Below are positions 1 to 10,485 of a stretch of 64,000 bases of DNA, in pieces. The notes under the pieces were generated by a model. That model did no database searches. It saw nothing but the letters and a program-made list of their open reading frames with translations, and was not told where the DNA came from. The translations under genes were made by a program, and so were the position numbers. Origin of the DNA: an uncultured Ruficoccus sp. (lineage in GTDB: Bacteria; Verrucomicrobiota; Verrucomicrobiia; Opitutales; Cerasicoccaceae); contig OZ223519.1 in assembly GCA_965140785.1 (NCBI GenBank), forward strand, positions 1-64,000. Reading direction: 5' to 3'. The first letter of the stretch is position 1, and the number at the start of each line of letters is the position of its first letter.

Positions 1-341
1 TGACGGCCAGCCCCAACTGCGCACGCAACTGCTCCAGCGTCAGGTCCGGACTCTTCGCCAGCAGCTCACCAAGCCGCTGACGATGGACAGCCTTGATGGT
101 GGCCTTGCGACCACAGCGCGAATAGCCCGCTTCGATTCCTTTGCCGCTGCGGCGAAGCTGTAACAGCTTCTTGACCATCCCAAGCGAAACGCGAAAACGT
201 AACGCAATATCCTCACGCGTTCCTTCCCCGGCATCATACGCAGCCAAAATACGCTCCCCTCAAATCCATCGATAACGTGGCCATGAAAAACACGATGACC
301 AGTATTTTAGAAATGGCCACAACTTTATTTAAAATGCTCTA
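1..341 (-). mobile_element. IS630-family element, 5' part (transposase orfA starts at 284 and runs off the window)
   Basis: Minus-strand translation from ATG 284: MATLSMDLR, then an extra base in the C4 run at 256-259, then ERILAAYDAGEGTREDIALRFRVSLGMVKKLL...PDLTLEQLR, which resembles IS630 HTH orfA. The end reads TAGAGCATTTT at a TA inside CTAG (339-342). Not in the ORF track in this frame. Confidence 0.8.
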
Positions 342-782
342 GGCGGGCTCCTGAACTACTACCACCGGGTGCCGGACCCCGACGAGTCCCCGAAAAACAG
401 GGGAGGAGGTGCCCGAAGCGGCCTGAAAACCCACTAGTTAACAGCTTTTCGAGCTTCGGAGATTGCGGAGAAAATCTTCAACTTTCCGAAGAGTGCCTCG
501 CTTGGGCAGCCAAGATTTCCTTTCGGAAACTCTCCACGATTCCGATTGACTCCAGAGACCCGAGACCACGTTAGGCCAGGATTTTTATATTCCGCTGTCA
601 GCAAAGGCTTACGAAACCCACAGGCTCAGCTACGCTCTCCCTCTCCTTGGCCCGGAGAAACCCGACTGTAAGCGCTTTTTGCACCTAGGCCCCAAAATGG
701 CCGTTTTTCTCCGTTTCTCTGTCAGAGACGCAAAATAAGTTAACAAGGCGTCAGCCTCGCCCCGAGCCTGACTGTTTCGGAA
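339..782 (+). repeat. Long non-coding direct repeat, copy 1
   Basis: Colinear with 51449-51895 over its whole length, with scattered substitutions and indels; 723-782 is identical to 51836-51895 (60 bp). Confidence 0.97.
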
Positions 783-1034
783 TTACGATGCCGAACGATT
801 TCTCGGAGGAATGGCTTGTCATCGAGCAGGCTGGCAAGCGAGAACATGCCTCGGGCCATCCAGTAGCTGTCACAGTCCCATTGCTCAGCTTGGTAAATAG
901 ATCCGGGGACAAGGAAATCGTTTTTCAGTTCGCCGGTGCTGGCCTGGGCAGGCTGTTTGCTGCTTCAGGTAAAATAGAAAGACCGATGGTTTATATCGTC
1001 TTTTTCTGATTCGTTCAAAACGCAATGAGCAATC

Positions 1035-2524
1035 TCAGGCCCAAGCGTTTGGAATCCACTGGTCGTTGTTATCGCAATCGCTGACACCGACAACCCATTC
1101 CATTTTTCGGGCACACTCCGGCTTCCTTAAAACAGCCACGAGAGTATGCTCTCCTGCTGGTAGCACTGCATCGGTGGACTGATTGTTAGGTATCCGGTGT
1201 GGGGAGGGAGCCATGCGTCCAATCTCTCTGCCAAAGACATACTGGCCGTTCAGGAAAACCCGGCAGTTTTCATGGGTATTAAACATTACACGTGCCCGAG
1301 TCTGGCGTGTGAGTCTGAAACGATATTCAACGAAAACCGCACTTTGGTTAAATGCACTGGATTCTAAGGTAACAGAAGTCCCGGCGAAACGCGTAGGTTT
1401 CATCGGGGGCAGTGCCAGTTCCAAGTTATTTCCGATTTGCCAGCCATGTCCGAACCAGTCCACGTCGGAACACCCCAAGCGGGCAGGCACGGATAAATCC
1501 TTTGGCAGCGTTTGAGTGCTTGCCCGAATGGGGTCTTCCTCGTTCAGACGTTCACGGAGTCGGACTACCATGTCGGTGAATGCATCCAGCGATTCTGGCG
1601 GATTGATTCCAGTGATTTCAGGGCTCAGCACCAAGTTGCGCCAATCGGACGCAACCATTCCTCGCTGATCGAATCCGGGTTCATGATTCCCAGCAAGGCC
1701 CCAACGGTCGCTGCGGTGCAGTCAGTGTCTTTACCGCAATTGGCAGCCGTGCAGATGCTGCGGCTAAAATCACCCGCTCCGTCAAGAAGCGCGAGATAGA
1801 TGAATGCAAGGTTTTCTGTCACGTTGGTGAAATTCTCGTGACCGTATTTTTCCAGAATTGGCTTCGTACTTTTTTCCAGTCATGGCCCTCATCCCACCAG
1901 TGCTGGGTATCTTCGATGGCTTGGCGCAACTGCGTGCTCGCTGGGATATGATCGAAGCCAATGGCAATTACCTTGTGAATATCGCTCTCCTACAAAGGCT
2001 GCGCTCTGAAGGGCGGCGAGCCAGACTTCGGCCCATAGTCCGTCGTTTGCGTGGTCCAGGCAGGCATCTTCCCGCGCTTAGGCGGCGGCCAGAGCGGGAT
2101 CTCCAGGGGCCAGGCAGGCCCACAACTCGCTACGAATCGCCGCGCCCATGCCGTTGGCAAACCAATTATCATGGGAACCGGTCAATGGGGGCAGGATACC
2201 GTTTGCGAGATTTCGTTTGCATACTCCATACTCGTCCCACGGGAAGTTAATGTGCTCACGCCACCCTTTGATAAACAGATCCGGACAGATTCTTGCGTGC
2301 TCCTGCTCATCAAGCAGGCAGGCCCACAACACCTGAAGGTCCAGATCATCGTTGGGCAGCATGGTTTCTGGGACGGGGCGGTAAAAATCAAGATCAAGCG
2401 GACCGGCGTGCCCTTCGTAGGGCATGCCGAGTGTTCCGCCAACTGCTTTGCCAAGCCAGCAGCCCATTACTTTGTATTGATAATTCACTACATCGACTGA
2501 TGTTGAATGTGGGATCGATGTCAT
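1035..2524 (-). pseudogene. ADP-ribosylglycohydrolase family protein, disrupted
   Basis: GCWLGKAVGGTLGMPYEG, PNDDLD, GMGAAIRSE and GKDTDCTAATVGAL motifs are spread over ORFs 2078-2524, 1625-1822 and 1035-1658; in-frame TAA at 2078-2080 plus at least three 1-bp shifts. Confidence 0.85.
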
Positions 2525-2581
2525 TATTGCTGGGGGTTTAGTTATTATTCAGGCGGTTGCCGACTGGAATTGGCCCAATGA

Positions 2582-3981
2582 CTATTTAGTCGAAGTTGCT
2601 GGTAGCTGTGCTAGGTTCGCCAAGAGCTTCTCTCTAACATACAAGGCCGGAGCCTTGTTGGCTGGGACCTTTTTTTCTATGGATACCCGCAGCGATTGTG
2701 CCTGCTGCTTGGCCAATTGCCATCGCGATTGGGCTAACTCTTAGCGCAGCCATGGCTTCATGCGTGGCACTGATGCATCGCCCCTGCCAGAATCAAATTT
2801 TCAGGACTTTTCAGAAGCAGACAACGCATTGGAATCTGGTAACGCGTAGCAGGCTTTAAATGGTTTGATTCCGTCTCTGCTTTATCAGGAGAGTGGATAT
2901 CGATGGGATAACCTCCCAATGCGATGGCATCGTCAAAAGGCGTTTCGTTGAGTACATCTTCCTTGGTAAAGGTGTAAAGACCCTTGATTTGCCGCGTTTC
3001 TCGGACTCCAATTTGCGCGGCACTGTCCATACGTATTGCGTTTTCAAAACCACGACAGTAAGTCTTTAGAAAATTGAATATCTGCTGGTTTTGTTGGCGA
3101 CCAATGATTTCAGCTCGGCTTAGGTCGTAAGGATTGGTTCCATCTACGCCCTGTATTCGCGAGGTATTAACAATGACTACACCGGGTGTGGCGGTTTCGA
3201 ATAACAGGACAAACTCGCGTGGAACATTCACTTCTCCTCGCTCTCGAGCTGCTCTCCATGTCTTTACGTAAGCTTTTAGGCTGACGCGTGATGTAGTGCG
3301 CAAGCGACGCAACCCTTCCTCCGGGCCGAGATCAAACTCGAAATTATCCGGGTTTTGCAGCACGTCGCTCCTAACGGCGTCCATGTCGACGCTACCAATC
3401 TTGAGGTTCATAGTCATGGGCTGCGTGGCATTGTCACCAGGGCGGCCTTGTGTGAAGTCCGCGCCAAGTGCGGCCGATAAGTCACCATCACCAGTTGCAT
3501 CTATGTATATTTTGGCTGCATATCTCGCCAAGCCCGCTTTATTGCAGAGTCTGATTGATCGCACCTGATCATTTTCTAGCTCTGCATCTGCAAAATGTGT
3601 ATGGAAGAGTATGTTTCCTCCTGCTTTCAGGAGCATCGATTCTAATTCAATCTTCAGGGCCTCACTGTCAAAAGGAGTTACCGTTTTGCAGTAAGTGATG
3701 CTGTCTTCGATGTGACCTGGGCTGGCATGCTTGGCTACGAGTCTCTGTACCAGCTCTTCTGCTTGTCCTACGACGACCTGATCTCCGGCAGGATTGTGGA
3801 AGCTCATCATTGGGCCCACTCCCATTGCGGTTAAAGAACCACCTAGAAAACCATGTTTCTCGACGAGCAGCACTCGTAGTTTTTCTCGTGCTGCAGCAAT
3901 GGCTGCATGGCTACCGGATGGGCCTCCACCAATAACAATTACGTCATAGGTTTCGCTTTTTGAATTGGTGGGTGTAGTCAT
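2582..3981 (-). pseudogene. FAD-dependent oxidoreductase (FAD_oxidored type) with two frameshifts near the 3' end
   Basis: DVIVIGGGPSG, IDATGDGD, GVRETR. The conserved tail GRCISATHEAMAALRV...AMAIGQAAG is restored by removing an extra base at ~2781-2784, and the frame to the stop at 2582 by removing another at ~2686-2688. ATG 3981 overlaps the GntR stop. Confidence 0.8.
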
Positions 3982-4634
3982 TGCTGAAGCTTGAAAAACA
4001 TATCTCGTCCGCGTCGCAGGTGTTGCCGCATTGCGATTTCCGCTCTGTCGGCGTCCCCTGAGCACAATTCTTCAAGTAGATTGAAATGGTCGCTGGCCTT
4101 ATGGACGACAGGAGGGAGCAAATCGCGGATCCCATAGAACAGTCCCAACTGAACAACTCGGTCCAAAGGTCCGAAGGGTCAGCTCGGACTCGGTCATTTC
4201 AACCAATAGGCCGATGGAAAAGCATGTCCTTCTCAGTGCGATCGCTATCACTGTCATGGGCTTCATCAATTTCGTAGGCCAATACCTTTAAATGGCTCAC
4301 GTCTATTTTATGGAAGTAATGAAACATTCAAGCGGGCTACCATGCACTCGATTGCTTCGCGCAGAATAACCTGATCCCTCAGCAGCTTGAAGGTAGGTTT
4401 GCGAACGCGGGTGCCTCGGTTGGGAAGCGTTTCAAGGAAGCCTTCTCGGTCAAGCTGTACCATGGCTTCCAATACGGGCGCGACGCTCATCTTCAGTTCG
4501 GCAGCAACTTTACGACGATAGATCATGGCCCCTTTTGCCCACCGTCCGGACATCAGTCCTTTGAGGATGTAGGTGTATGCTGTGGATGAAAGGCTTTGGG
4601 GCTGGTTTTCAGTTCCCTGTGTAATTGGTCGCAT
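3978..4634 (-). pseudogene. GntR/FCD-family transcriptional regulator, frameshifted
   Basis: N-terminal wHTH (VAAELKMSVAPVLEAMVQLDREGFLETLPNRGTRV) in 4308-4634; FCD segments DMLFHR and GDADRAEIAMRQHL lie in other frames down to 3978. Confidence 0.8.
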
Positions 4635-4897
4635 GATTCCGATATATCGCAAATGTTTTTTTATGTAAATAAAAATAATGTTTTGGACGCAATGATTTTG
4701 TCGAATCTTGTTTTTGTTTTTTGTGTTTATTAATGTATTGAATACCAGTTGGATAATAGTTTTTTAGGATTTGTTTGGTTGCTGTTTGAGACTGCTTAAG
4801 AATTCTGTTTTTTTCGTCGTTGACAACACGGTCACCCTATGCTGATATATCGGTATTATTGTTGAAAATGATCCATAACACAAACACCAAGCACCCC

Positions 4898-5581
4898 ATG
4901 AAACTGAAAATAGCCCTATTGTCTTCACTCTTGTTCTGTGGCGTTTCAAACGCCTCAACTATTGTATGGTCAGCGACCGACAACCTGTACGCCACAAACT
5001 CCAATGACACGGTGCCAGGCTCTGGTGTCGGACAGCGCATCTTGGTTGGTTCAGGCTATGATAGCTATGTAACGTTTGACACTGACGGCACCTATGCGGA
5101 TGTGAGTCAGATTGAGTCTGCTATACTGCGTTTGTACTTGCCCTATAATTCCAGTAATACTTCCAGCGATATCGAGGTTACCGTGAATATGGTGCTGAAT
5201 AGCTATGATGACTGGACTACTTGGACGACGGACGATACGTATCCTGAGGCCGGGGACGTTATTTCGGTTAGCTATACGCTCTCTCCGTCTGCTGCGACGA
5301 TTGTTACTGGAACTGATACTAGCGGGGCTTGGTTTGAGTGGGACGTTACGGGGTTGGTAAAGATTCTGAATTCTGGCTTGGATAACAATATTGCGACATT
5401 CCTCCTCACTGCTTCCGATGGTAGTGTTTTTCGTTTTGAGGGGGTGGGGAACACCCTTGGTTCTGGAAATACGCCTCAGTTGGTTGTAACGGCTATTCCG
5501 GAGGCTTCGTCTGTTATACTGGGGGCTATGGCGTTTCTGATTCCGCTTCTTGCCAAAAAGAAGAACCGTCGCAATGCCTGA
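4898..5581 (+). CDS. PEP-CTERM-type surface protein with a DNRLRE/CBM96-like beta domain
   Basis: Signal peptide; SAILRLY, WFEWDVT, PQLVV; C-terminal IPEASS + hydrophobic helix + KKKNRR. Confidence 0.8.
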   Translation: MKLKIALLSSLLFCGVSNASTIVWSATDNLYATNSNDTVPGSGVGQRILVGSGYDSYVTFDTDGTYADVSQIESAILRLYLPYNSSNTSSDIEVTVNMVLNSYDDWTTWTTDDTYPEAGDVISVSYTLSPSAATIVTGTDTSGAWFEWDVTGLVKILNSGLDNNIATFLLTASDGSVFRFEGVGNTLGSGNTPQLVVTAIPEASSVILGAMAFLIPLLAKKKNRRNA

Positions 5582-5719
5582 TCATATTTGTCTATTTTGG
5601 ATCAAAAAAATAGGTGAAATGCTGAACTCTCCGGTGTGAATCGCTAGGAGACTGTAAGGGGTTGTTTTTGTCGCCCAACGGTGCCATGCCAATACCCGAG
5701 TTAATTGCAGGAGGTTCCA

Positions 5720-6481
5720 ATGAGCCCTGGATCTGACGAACAAAACCATTCAGAATGCGGATTTACTCTAGTTGAGCTTCTGGCTGCTGTTGCGGTGATG
5801 GCTATGCTGATAGTGGTTATTTTTACGGTGCAAGGGAATGTCCGACAAAAAGCCCAAGCAGCATCATGCTTGGGAAACTTACGCCAATTGGCGGCCGGCA
5901 GCTTGATGTATAGTGTTGATAATGGGAATGAGGCAGTCCCTATCTGTACGCGGGAAACAGCAGATAACGGCGGCTTTAAATATTCGACGTGGAGAGCATA
6001 TATCGCCCCCTACTGTGACACCCAGACGAATTCAGCAGACTCAATATTTCGATGCACTGGTGACGAAAAAATGTATGAGAAGGATGTCCGGTTGAGTGGG
6101 AATGGCGTTACACCGGCATCATACGGAATAAATATGAGTTCTAAGATACATGATTACCTCAGTAATAGCTACAACCAGACTCTTTCAGGTGTCGTTAATC
6201 CTGCCTCGACTATATTCATCGCCGAAATCGCCAAAGTAATAAACCCGTCAGATGCCCCTGCTTCATGGGTAGATTCCGGAGGTACCGGTAACTACGGCTA
6301 CGCCCGATTTCCAAATAGGTCTGGCTTCTACGGTTCCGATTCATGGGACATCTTTCCGCGGCACGGGGGAAGTAATCTCAATGTTGTCTTTTATGACGGC
6401 CATGCTGCCAGTGTCGACATTGTTAAGGACATCATTGATGCGCCACCCGGCACAGAAGAATGCATTTATGATAACCAATAG
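5720..6481 (+). CDS. Prepilin-type N-terminal cleavage/methylation protein with an H-X9-DG-like C-terminal motif
   Basis: GFTLVELLAAVAVMAML, SCLGNLRQL, FRCTGD, RHGGSNLNVVFYDGH; GGAGG precedes ATG 5720. Confidence 0.9.
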   Translation: MSPGSDEQNHSECGFTLVELLAAVAVMAMLIVVIFTVQGNVRQKAQAASCLGNLRQLAAGSLMYSVDNGNEAVPICTRETADNGGFKYSTWRAYIAPYCDTQTNSADSIFRCTGDEKMYEKDVRLSGNGVTPASYGINMSSKIHDYLSNSYNQTLSGVVNPASTIFIAEIAKVINPSDAPASWVDSGGTGNYGYARFPNRSGFYGSDSWDIFPRHGGSNLNVVFYDGHAASVDIVKDIIDAPPGTEECIYDNQ

Positions 6482-6520
6482 CATATTTGAATAACGTTAA
6501 ACCTGCTATCTTTTAAATTC

Positions 6521-7807
6521 ATGATGAAATTGAAACTCAGCTCAACGATCCTTTGCATAGCACTATTAACAGCTGTTGATCTGAATGCGGACGTTCAGGG
6601 GAATTTTCCGCTCCCTGAGTCACCCGCGCCTACGAGATCAATCACGGGAGAGAAGAAAAAGCTCAGTGCGACGCTGGGAAGGAAGTGGGCTGGTGGCACG
6701 CGATTGGACTATGTGCAGTGTAAGGGAGTGGGCTATGGACTTCCTGTGCCGCACGCACTCGATGTAGACAGCGTCGTTGTGACAGTCGGGGACCGTGTTC
6801 TCGTGAAGGGTAAGGACTATGAGATTAACAGCTTCTATGGCACATTGAGTCTGGCAGTGGGTTCTATCGTTTCTCCAGATACGGCAGTTTCTATCGACTA
6901 TGTCGTGGGCCACAGGCGAATTGACTCTGTCGTACAAACGTCTGCTGGTGATGTGGTGATTCGCCAAGGTGACCCCGCACTGGTGGCACCGCTTCCACCG
7001 CAGTTGACTGACGGTGAAAAGCGGCTGGGCAATTACTTCCTGGATTATTTTCAAACTCCTGAAGAGGCTGATTATTTTCCTTGTATAGAAACATCCGATG
7101 GGGCGGTCACGAAAACATCAGGCCGGAACCTAATCGAAGTACGGCAGAAGCTGGCGGCTGGTCAGGCGGTCAAAATTGTCTGCTGGGGTGACAGTATTAC
7201 TTTTGGCGGGGATGCTTCGTCAAAAGAGATGGCATATCCAGAAGTTTTGGAATGTCGCCTCAAACATCTTTATCCTCAGAGTCAGATCACGGTTAAGACT
7301 ATTGCCATAGGAGGGTCGCAGTCGCGTCAATGGCTGTACCCCGACCGCTATCAGCATCCGACGATGCAGAAGAATTGTCGCTTTGACCGCATTCTGGAGG
7401 AAAAGCCTGACGTGGTTACGGTCGAGTTCCTCAATGATGCCTATTTATCGAAGAAAGATGTCGAGTCCGCCTATACGGATATGATCAGTCGCTTCAAGGA
7501 CGCGGGAATTGAGGTCATTTTGATCACTCCTAATTTTACTATGCCGGAGATGATGAATGCGGACAATCTCCGAACCCAGGAGACTCGTCAATATGTCATC
7601 GCATTGCAGGATTTTGCCCAAGACAATGGCATTGCCTTGGCAGATACATCTTCACGTTGGGAGCATTTGTGGAAGGAAGGAATTCCCTACGTCACGATGA
7701 TCAACAATGGCATCAACCACGTTGATGACCGCGGGCATGCCATCTATGCGGATGAGATTATCGCATCTATACAGGATAACACTACCAATAAACTTAAAGA
7801 CCAATGA
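6521..7807 (+). CDS. Secreted SGNH/GDSL hydrolase (carbohydrate esterase-like)
   Basis: Signal peptide; WGDSIT, GG, EFLND and NHVDDRGH blocks. Confidence 0.85.
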   Translation: MMKLKLSSTILCIALLTAVDLNADVQGNFPLPESPAPTRSITGEKKKLSATLGRKWAGGTRLDYVQCKGVGYGLPVPHALDVDSVVVTVGDRVLVKGKDYEINSFYGTLSLAVGSIVSPDTAVSIDYVVGHRRIDSVVQTSAGDVVIRQGDPALVAPLPPQLTDGEKRLGNYFLDYFQTPEEADYFPCIETSDGAVTKTSGRNLIEVRQKLAAGQAVKIVCWGDSITFGGDASSKEMAYPEVLECRLKHLYPQSQITVKTIAIGGSQSRQWLYPDRYQHPTMQKNCRFDRILEEKPDVVTVEFLNDAYLSKKDVESAYTDMISRFKDAGIEVILITPNFTMPEMMNADNLRTQETRQYVIALQDFAQDNGIALADTSSRWEHLWKEGIPYVTMINNGINHVDDRGHAIYADEIIASIQDNTTNKLKDQ

Positions 7808-8982
7808 CGATCAAAATTTTAAGTAAGCTTTATGCGCTTGTTTATACGAGTACTGTAGTTGTTGCTGCGCACATTTGTATGGCTCAAGCACCGGATGCTA
7901 CCGCAGTGCCCGACGGATTGAAGATTGACGCTTTTCCGCGCCTGCGGGGGTTCACTATTAAGTATAATGCAGACGAAACCGTGATGGATGAGGTTGCGAA
8001 TAATTACCACGCAAACGCCGTACGCCTCATGCTGAGGCCTTATTTGCCGGGATCTAACACCTCGCAGAATCGTTGGGAGCGCATGTTGGAGAAACTACCC
8101 AGTCAAGTTGAGGCAGCTAGGAAAAACGGAATTTACGTTATAGTCGCCCTGTTCGGACCACCAATAGAAGGCTTCAAAGATAAGTACGACCGTGATCGGC
8201 GTGCCTTTAGTCATGAGTTTTGGACAGACGAGGCCAACCTGAATGCGATGATCGATCAGGCGGTTCAAACGGCTATGCTTTTGGAGCCCTACGAGGGCCA
8301 GGTTTGGCTGGAGCTTCGAAACGAACCAATTGATTGGACAGAGTTCCCGAGCCCAGTGTCTGTGTGGCCAGTGTGGTCCCAGCAAATAATTGACGCCGTC
8401 AGGGAAGTGAGTGATATCCCAATCGTTGTTCAGGTCGGCCCCGGCGGCCTTTGCTGGGGCTACAAAACGTTTCCTCTCTTGGAGGGGGAGAATATTATCT
8501 ACAGCGTTCATAACTACCAGCCGCACGCCTACACCCATCAAGGGATCAAGAATATCAGTGGAACTGACCTAGCCCACTCCTACGAAATGTCCAAGCAGCC
8601 GTGGCCAGGCGTCTTCTCCGATGGCGGCGGAGACTACTGGGATAAGGAACGCCTGCGCAAAGAACTCGAGCCAGCTATTAAATTTGCCGAGGAGCATCAT
8701 GTGAGAATGTACGTTGGTGAGTTCGGCGTGGCGCGGTGGGCTCCGAATGCTGACGACTACCTGCGGGACAACATCGAGTTGTTTGAAGAACTCGGTTGGG
8801 ATTGGACTTATCATGCCTACAGGGAGAGCGCGATATGGTCTCCCGAACATGATAGTGAATTTACGCGTCCAGCCCAACTCGCCACGAAGGAGACGGAACG
8901 AGCCAAGGTACTTAAAGAATATATGGAACAGAACACCCCATTCCCGAGAAACCAGCCAGAGGCGTCTAAAACTATCAAATAA
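7804..8982 (+). CDS. Glycoside hydrolase family 5-like (clan A)
   Basis: ELRNEP acid/base, YSVHNY, YVGEFG nucleophile, WDWTYH. Confidence 0.85.
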   Translation: MTIKILSKLYALVYTSTVVVAAHICMAQAPDATAVPDGLKIDAFPRLRGFTIKYNADETVMDEVANNYHANAVRLMLRPYLPGSNTSQNRWERMLEKLPSQVEAARKNGIYVIVALFGPPIEGFKDKYDRDRRAFSHEFWTDEANLNAMIDQAVQTAMLLEPYEGQVWLELRNEPIDWTEFPSPVSVWPVWSQQIIDAVREVSDIPIVVQVGPGGLCWGYKTFPLLEGENIIYSVHNYQPHAYTHQGIKNISGTDLAHSYEMSKQPWPGVFSDGGGDYWDKERLRKELEPAIKFAEEHHVRMYVGEFGVARWAPNADDYLRDNIELFEELGWDWTYHAYRESAIWSPEHDSEFTRPAQLATKETERAKVLKEYMEQNTPFPRNQPEASKTIK

Positions 8983-8989
8983 TCCATCT

Positions 8990-10438
8990 ATGGATAAACA
9001 TCAGAAAGGTCACCAATTAAAGAGAGTTCGTTCGGGACTTGCCATGATTCCATTTGTGCTAGATTCGAGAAACGCCGTCGAGGGGGCTGAATTATTTTTT
9101 CCAGAACCCGAGATACTCGGGTACACGGGCGGGACGGGCTTCGGGCTGACCGGGCTTTACGGCAACCATATGGCTTCAATTGTCCCGCTCGATTCGGTGG
9201 CCAGCAGTTGCCGTGTTTACCTGACAAGGCGGACATGGCACGGCGAAACATCATCTATGGACTTGGGTTATGTTGACGCTCATGACGTACAGACATGGCC
9301 GTCCATCGCCGGTCATTACCGTTCGCTCATCATTGACGGGTTGCCGAAGGGCTGTCAGGCCTCACAGCCGTACGTCATCCGGAGAGAGGAACATTTCGAG
9401 TTGTTTTTCTGGGTCCATGGTGGGGATATGGTTCGCTATGTGAAGTGCAGCAGTTCGGATGGTATTCGCTTCCAAATAGAGAATCTCGATAATCCCTGTC
9501 TATACCATCCCAACGACAAGGCTGTTCGTGCGACTGGACTTTTGCATGGATTTTCGCTGAACCGTGGCCGAATGGATAACGCGAGCGCCACAAGCATACA
9601 CGTGTTGAATCGAGTCTCGAATGATGCAACAACCGTTAATTTTGATCACCGGATCAGTCTCTACCAAATGTATTCCGTGCTCATGCTTGAGGCCGCTGAT
9701 ACACCCAAGCGGCGGATCGGGTTCGATAATATTCCAGATTTCCTGAGAGTCATTCACCGCAGAACCAGTCCCGATGGGATCGAATGGTCGGAACCGGAGA
9801 TTGTGCTTGCTCCTGATTCGGAGGATCCGGTTGATTTGCAGTTCTATGTCATGCAGCAGGCGGTTGCCGCTCAGGGTGCTTACTTGGTTGCCGGATACTA
9901 CCCTGGGAACGAACAGACTATGGAATTGATGCCTGCGTTGACGCTATATGGACAGCATATTCAGCGTCCGAGGCTGCCATGGCGGATTCGCGAACAGCTT
10001 CCGTCGCGCGACTGGCAACCACAGATGCTCTTGCCCGGCGGGATGATTGAATCAGGTGGGTATGTATATGTCTCGGCGACTGCCTGCAACTACCGGCACA
10101 ATGAAAGAAGCATGCCTGGAGAAGCCCGCCGTCAGGAGAATCTGGTGCTGCGCCAGCTCAAAGAGCGGTGGGTGGGATACAAGAACCACGAGGGACACAT
10201 CGGACGCCTCGTGACGACTCCTTTTCCGTACGAGAGGTTGCGTATCATCGCAGCCGATGTTGGCAGGGTCCATTTGACCTTACTCTCAGTTTTTGGGTCT
10301 GAACTGGTCCGTGGGGGGACGCTCGACCATGACGGATCGATTTGTTTTCAGAACAACGTCGACTCTGCATGGGAGGGCAAGTGGGTGCGCTTGGCCGTGG
10401 ATTTTGATACCGAGGTCTTTGGACTCAAATCGCAATGA
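8990..10438 (+). CDS. Hypothetical protein, probably a beta-propeller glycosidase-like fold
   Basis: Asp-box-like SSDGIRF and SPDGIEW; RVSNDA; ATG 8990 lies just after the GH5 stop. Function uncertain. Confidence 0.55.
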   Translation: MDKHQKGHQLKRVRSGLAMIPFVLDSRNAVEGAELFFPEPEILGYTGGTGFGLTGLYGNHMASIVPLDSVASSCRVYLTRRTWHGETSSMDLGYVDAHDVQTWPSIAGHYRSLIIDGLPKGCQASQPYVIRREEHFELFFWVHGGDMVRYVKCSSSDGIRFQIENLDNPCLYHPNDKAVRATGLLHGFSLNRGRMDNASATSIHVLNRVSNDATTVNFDHRISLYQMYSVLMLEAADTPKRRIGFDNIPDFLRVIHRRTSPDGIEWSEPEIVLAPDSEDPVDLQFYVMQQAVAAQGAYLVAGYYPGNEQTMELMPALTLYGQHIQRPRLPWRIREQLPSRDWQPQMLLPGGMIESGGYVYVSATACNYRHNERSMPGEARRQENLVLRQLKERWVGYKNHEGHIGRLVTTPFPYERLRIIAADVGRVHLTLLSVFGSELVRGGTLDHDGSICFQNNVDSAWEGKWVRLAVDFDTEVFGLKSQ

Positions 10439-10485
10439 ACCCGACTGTTTAGGACAGCTTAAATGACAACCTTAAATATATCATC

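Noticed and set aside
40..237. 65-aa minus-strand ORF from the track
   Set aside because: Wrong frame; the overlapping frame encodes the IS630 orfA.
788..1009. 73-aa ORF right after repeat copy 1
   Set aside because: No motif, no RBS and no counterpart after copy 2.
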